A stretch of 64,000 bases of DNA from Macrostomum lignano (lineage: Eukaryota): NCBI GenBank assembly GCA_002269645.1, contig NIVC01003244.1:97219-161218 (forward strand). The letters are read 5' to 3'. Below are positions 59,901-64,000 of the stretch, piece by piece (the stretch's first letter is position 1; each line of letters opens with the position of its first letter). Under the pieces are notes generated by a model. That model had not been told where the DNA came from. It made no database searches and saw nothing but the letters and a program-made list of their open reading frames with translations. A program made the position numbers and the translations under genes.

Positions 59901-60836
59901 GCTGCGGCTGAGCTGTCGGCTGCACATCTGGCCCAATGGGGGCAGGTGTAATCACCTATTATTATTATTAATATTATTATTAATTTTGTTATACTACTAT
60001 ATAAGCAAGACACTTCGCACCTTAAATAAACCATTTTAGCCGGCTGTCCTCAGGAGCGCTACAGCCTTCGATTCGCCTCGCCATCTCTATCAAACGCTTT
60101 ATTTGACGTATTCGGCGACGGAGTCACCTTTTCTGGCATCGCCGGCGTCAGCCTGACGGAGGGCGCCAACTACCTGACGCTGAGGCCGTCAGCCGCTGGC
60201 CAGAGTCGCTGCTTAGCCAACGGAGCCTGCGCGAGCTGCGGCTTCTACATCCGACTGGTGTTCAAGACCGGCCTGGGGCATCAGGACTTCGCGCTGCTGT
60301 ACGCTGGCACCCTCGGCCTAAGCGTTGGCGTGGATTCGAGCAATCGTCTCATTGCTAGCCTGGTTTCTAAGGACGCCGAGGGTCGTTGGTATCGATGGAC
60401 AGTCGCTGGAGGAGTTGTGGCCGAGAATGAATGGAGCCTGGCCGAGATCGCCTGGCATCCGGCCATGGCTGGCGGCTTGAGACTCGAGCTGAACGGCCAC
60501 CGTGTCGGACAGTCGACGGGCACCGAGATGAGCGCGGCGTTGCCATGGGAGTCCCAGCCCAAGGATTGGTACCTCGGCCGGGATCCGGTCTCGCCAGCCA
60601 AGCCCGTCATTGAGGATAAGAAATTGACGGTGGGAGATAAATCCTGTTTCATATTTTAGACTATGCTAAAGATGTACTGTAAGTAAAGATGTAAAGATTT
60701 ACTCAGAAATAGAAGGTACACTGAGTCCTATAAATCTTTGACCAACCCGCCACCTCAGGTGTTATCTCTGCTAGCGCTTTCAGCCGACGGAAAGACTATA
60801 ATGGAGGCGAAAAATTCCAGCAGTCTTGGCGCGCTG
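56914..60836 (+). CDS. Secreted/membrane protein with two laminin-G/concanavalin-like domains and a Cys-rich linker (5' exons only)
   Basis: Exon 56914-57577: signal peptide, LamG-like RWVNLTVR...LLVDG, Cys cluster, G|GTGAGT phase 1. Exon TTTTAG|60040-60629 is in phase (CLANGACASCGFYIRL...EWSLAEIAWH...GLRLELNG...WYLGR). Probable exon 60759-60836 (donor GTAAGT). Later exons were not identified. Confidence 0.7.
58205..58800. repeat. 34-bp minisatellite (ATCTCATGGGA(T/C)CTGGAACTCTAATAGCCAC(AGA/TGG))
   Basis: About 16 units in intron 1 of the LamG-like gene. Confidence 0.95.
59658..59985 (+). mobile_element. tRNA-derived CORE-SINE
   Basis: Degenerate A box GTAGCTTATT..GTTAGAGCG and B box GGTTCGATTC (59713). 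CORE-like TGTGTCCTTGAGCAAGACA...CAGTT...CTGTAAAATGGG. (TAT)n tail. Confidence 0.8.
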
Positions 60837-61339
60837 GTAAGTAGTATATGTTGCGAATTTTGCACTTTTGTATAAACTTATTGACGTTATTAAAAAGGTT
60901 TCCCTGACACTTCTGCAACTTCTAACATTCATAGGCGAAGTAATTTTTGCCCAATACATGTTTATAACAATCTAATTATTTCTTGCTTGAGATTGGTTAA
61001 CAAAAGGTCAAAGGGTGCGACTGGCTAACTTACATTTATGTACTTCTAACGATACTAAGTATTCGAGTGCTGATAATGCTTTGCGCTGCAATGTTATTAA
61101 TCAGAGTCAAACGATGCACCGATGTCATTAAATTTTGATCATTATAACCGCTGACCTCCCAGCTGATGTGCAAGCGAAAAACCCGCATTATACTCGTATG
61201 TGCTATGCGTGACACCGAATCATGAGTTACGCGCAACTTCAAGCAGGGACACTGGATGTGAGGAAACCATTAACCAAGCCAGTCTAGCTAATACTTAGAT
61301 TTTTCTGAGACAGATCTCTTTAGAAAGTCATATTCTTCA

Positions 61340-61690
61340 GACCCTTAGACAGACAGACCCTTAGACAGACAGACCCTTAGACAGACAGACCCTTAGACAG
61401 ACAGACCCTAAACAGACAGACCATCGACAGACAGACCATCGACAGACAGACCATCGACAGACAGACCATGGACAGACAGACCCTAAACAGACAGACCATC
61501 GACAGACAGACCATCGACAGACAGACCATGGACAGACAGACCATGGACAGACAGACCATAGACAGACAGACCATAGACTGACAGACCATAGACAGACCAT
61601 AGACAGACCCCTAGACAGACAGACCCCTGGGCAGACAGACCCATAGATAGACACACCCTTGGACAGACAGACCATATTAGACAGACAGGT
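61340..61690. repeat. 15-bp CAGA-derived repeat (GACAGACAGACCAT(C/G))
   Basis: Direct. Confidence 0.9.
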
Positions 61691-62759
61691 CAAGCGCTTT
61701 GAAGCCAGCATCCTTGTTAAGTTCTAAAAGCTTGACCCAAAGCATCCGGTACTCGTTGCAATTATTTACCATTACGTTGCAATAAATCAGTAAACTGCTT
61801 ATTCAATGTTTAATAATCGTATTAAAGGAGTCGAAATCGCATTGTACCAAAGTAAAAGTTAGAAAGAAAAACAATGATGAAAATTATCGACCTCGAAATG
61901 AATTTTTGTAGCCAACGGACCAGGGCCGGAGGCATCAGAATTGAATTGGGCATGCAACATGACCAACCGCAGCTTGGACTCAATCATTATTAATCTCTTT
62001 GTATTGTTCTGCGCCATTTAGTGAGCTTACAGCTCATGCCAACCTTTATTTTCATTAGCTATAGTTATAGTGTCTGACGTCTAAATGCATTTTCAGTTCA
62101 CACGACGCTTTTCCTTCTTACTTACATGTAATATAGTAGACATTGTTTTAGCTAAGCAACTATTGCTATTATCCATTAGCTATAATTATATTTACTTTTG
62201 TTTCTAGTTGACTGTCTCACCTGCATGCTATAGTTAGTTATGTCGAATTATAGTTTTATTTGACCCTTATGAGTGGAAAATAACTTTGGTTTTTATCCTG
62301 CATTGACAGCGGCAGTAGAATGATTTTACACTCCGTTTTCTTAGAAACGATCTGGAGGAACGTATATTGTCGGCTGATTTTCCATGCAAGAATGGCATTC
62401 TTGCACTCTTTTGCGTGCAGGAATGGATGTCTATGGTAAAATCTCACTGAAAAAGCATTAGGCGCAGAAATGCATTCCTGCACAGTTTTGTGCATTCCTG
62501 CACGATGAATCATCCGACAATGGAATTCCTTCACGTTCACTCGTGCGTGAAGGACATCGTGCACTCGTGCGCTAGCGCGCACTCGTGCAGATGTCATTCC
62601 CGCACTCGTGACCGTGCAGGAATATATCATTCCTGCTTGATTTTGCAGGCAAGACTGCTTAAGAAATGGCCCATTCTCTGCCCGATATCGGGCTGGGCCA
62701 TAGACGAAGCCGAACGAACGATTGTATTTAAAACGTTAAAAGTGCAACATTACAAAGAG

Positions 62760-63210
62760 GACAACAGTAACGATTTAATATAGTCTTGTGGTGCAACCCA
62801 CGCCGTCGTTACAGTACATGGCGTTCAGAGGTACTCACTTATAGGAAAAATAGAACACTGGATCCATTTTTCTCTAGCACTGCAGTCGCAGAACTCCATT
62901 AAAGTCCCTTTGTTCGCAGTCAGTATCAGAATTTCTCCACACACTGTCTTGTTTTTGTTTCGGTAGAGACGACGCGTGAGGCATTCTCCACATCCAAAAT
63001 GGCGCTCACTTCATCACTTGTTAGCTCCCGGAGTTGATTGTCGCTGCTCGCTTCAGCAGAAAGATCGTTTACTAGATCATCCAACAGGCCGTTGTCGAGC
63101 GCCTTGCTGACTCCAATTCCAGGCACAGGCAAGCCAGTGTACTGATTGAACATTCGCCCACGGCCACGGAGTTGGCATACAAAGTCGATTTCTTCGCGCT
63201 GCAACCCAGA
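62760..63210 (-). mobile_element. Possible decayed Crypton/DUF3504-like (tyrosine recombinase) N-terminal remnant
   Basis: ELTSDEVSAILDVEN...STETKTRQCVEKF*Y*LRTKGL resembles the l..eel..l......T...T.w.v..F..wl pattern by eye. Catalytic region not seen. Confidence 0.3.
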
Positions 63211-64000
63211 AATCTCGCCTCCTTCTACAGGAGTAGTCTATCATGTTCTCAGAACGCTCGGGTCAGGAGTTAATGAAATTCATTTTTAATAAAAAGTTAG
63301 ACTAATTACGAGCGTATTACTTTTCAGTCGCTCTTTTAGGCTCAGAGCTAAAATGAAATACAGTTTGCATTTTGTGCCATAGACAAATTCCATTTTCTTG
63401 CGGGCCGAGAATCAGGACTTGCACTGAACTTAGACTGAAGCAAATGCAGTTTGACTCGCGGCCGAAGAATGTCGTTTCTCGGCCCGCCCGCAAAATCAAG
63501 AAGGAATACAAATCCAGCAGGTTATCTAGGCGCAAAAAGTCGGAAATCCTCGTGCCGCTTCGCGGCCCTCGGATTCTCTCCTTTCTGCCCTAGAAAGCCT
63601 GAAGGATTTATATATTTGTCGTTAAAGAACGCTAAATGGGGTTTGGCCACAGACAAATCGATTAATCAAATACAAATCAGATACAAATCAATTTATGTCG
63701 AGAAAAACATAATTTCGCGATAAGACAAATGTACGAGTACGTTCCTTCACAGGGCTCCACTCGTTTCTAAGGAAATCAAGCGTAGCGCTCTACTCGAGTT
63801 GTCTTTTAATTTATACAGCTTTCCTAAGTTAGAACTTATTAGTTAAAATCTATTTATTTAGTAAAACAAATTTATATGGCTACAGTACACGTTTCTTCAA
63901 GTCTGTCTGTTAACACCTTTTGATCGCAGTTTGCGGTTTCAAAAAATATTTTTCCGATCATCTTTAGCCCCAATTATCCTCAAAGAGAATCGTTAGTTTT

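Overview
Eukaryotic (invertebrate) genomic DNA, rich in introns and repeats. The minisatellite-filled introns and gene content resemble a flatworm such as Macrostomum, but that assignment is inference only. Host genes that can be assembled with phase-consistent GT-AG junctions: the 3' part of a CAP/SCP (CRISP/VAL-like) gene (+), a VWDE-like EGF-D8C-VWD-EGF membrane protein (-), synaptotagmin-12 (-, 7 coding exons), an intronless RhoU/RhoV-like GTPase (-) carrying natural G12S/A59P/Q61L-equivalent substitutions, an RNF168/RNF169-like RING E3 (-), TFIIH p52/GTF2H4 (-, 5 exons) and the 5' exons of a secreted LamG-like protein (+). Mobile DNA: two full-length, decayed LOA/R1-like LINEs (ORF1 plus APE-RT-RNaseH-CCHC ORF2, with TSDs) that share a near-identical 5' UTR and 3' tail despite divergent ORFs; two hAT-type MITEs with 8-bp TSDs (one nested in LINE copy 2); an internally deleted mariner; a tRNA-derived CORE-SINE; an RTE fragment; a possible Crypton remnant. 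More than 20 different mini/microsatellites occur, mostly one private family per intron. A dense FOX/E-box/AP-1/CRE/MEF2/TATA/Inr promoter cassette at about 12.8-13.1 kb has no obvious host gene (candidate solo LTR or antisense lncRNA promoter). No rRNA, tRNA genes or CRISPR arrays were seen.
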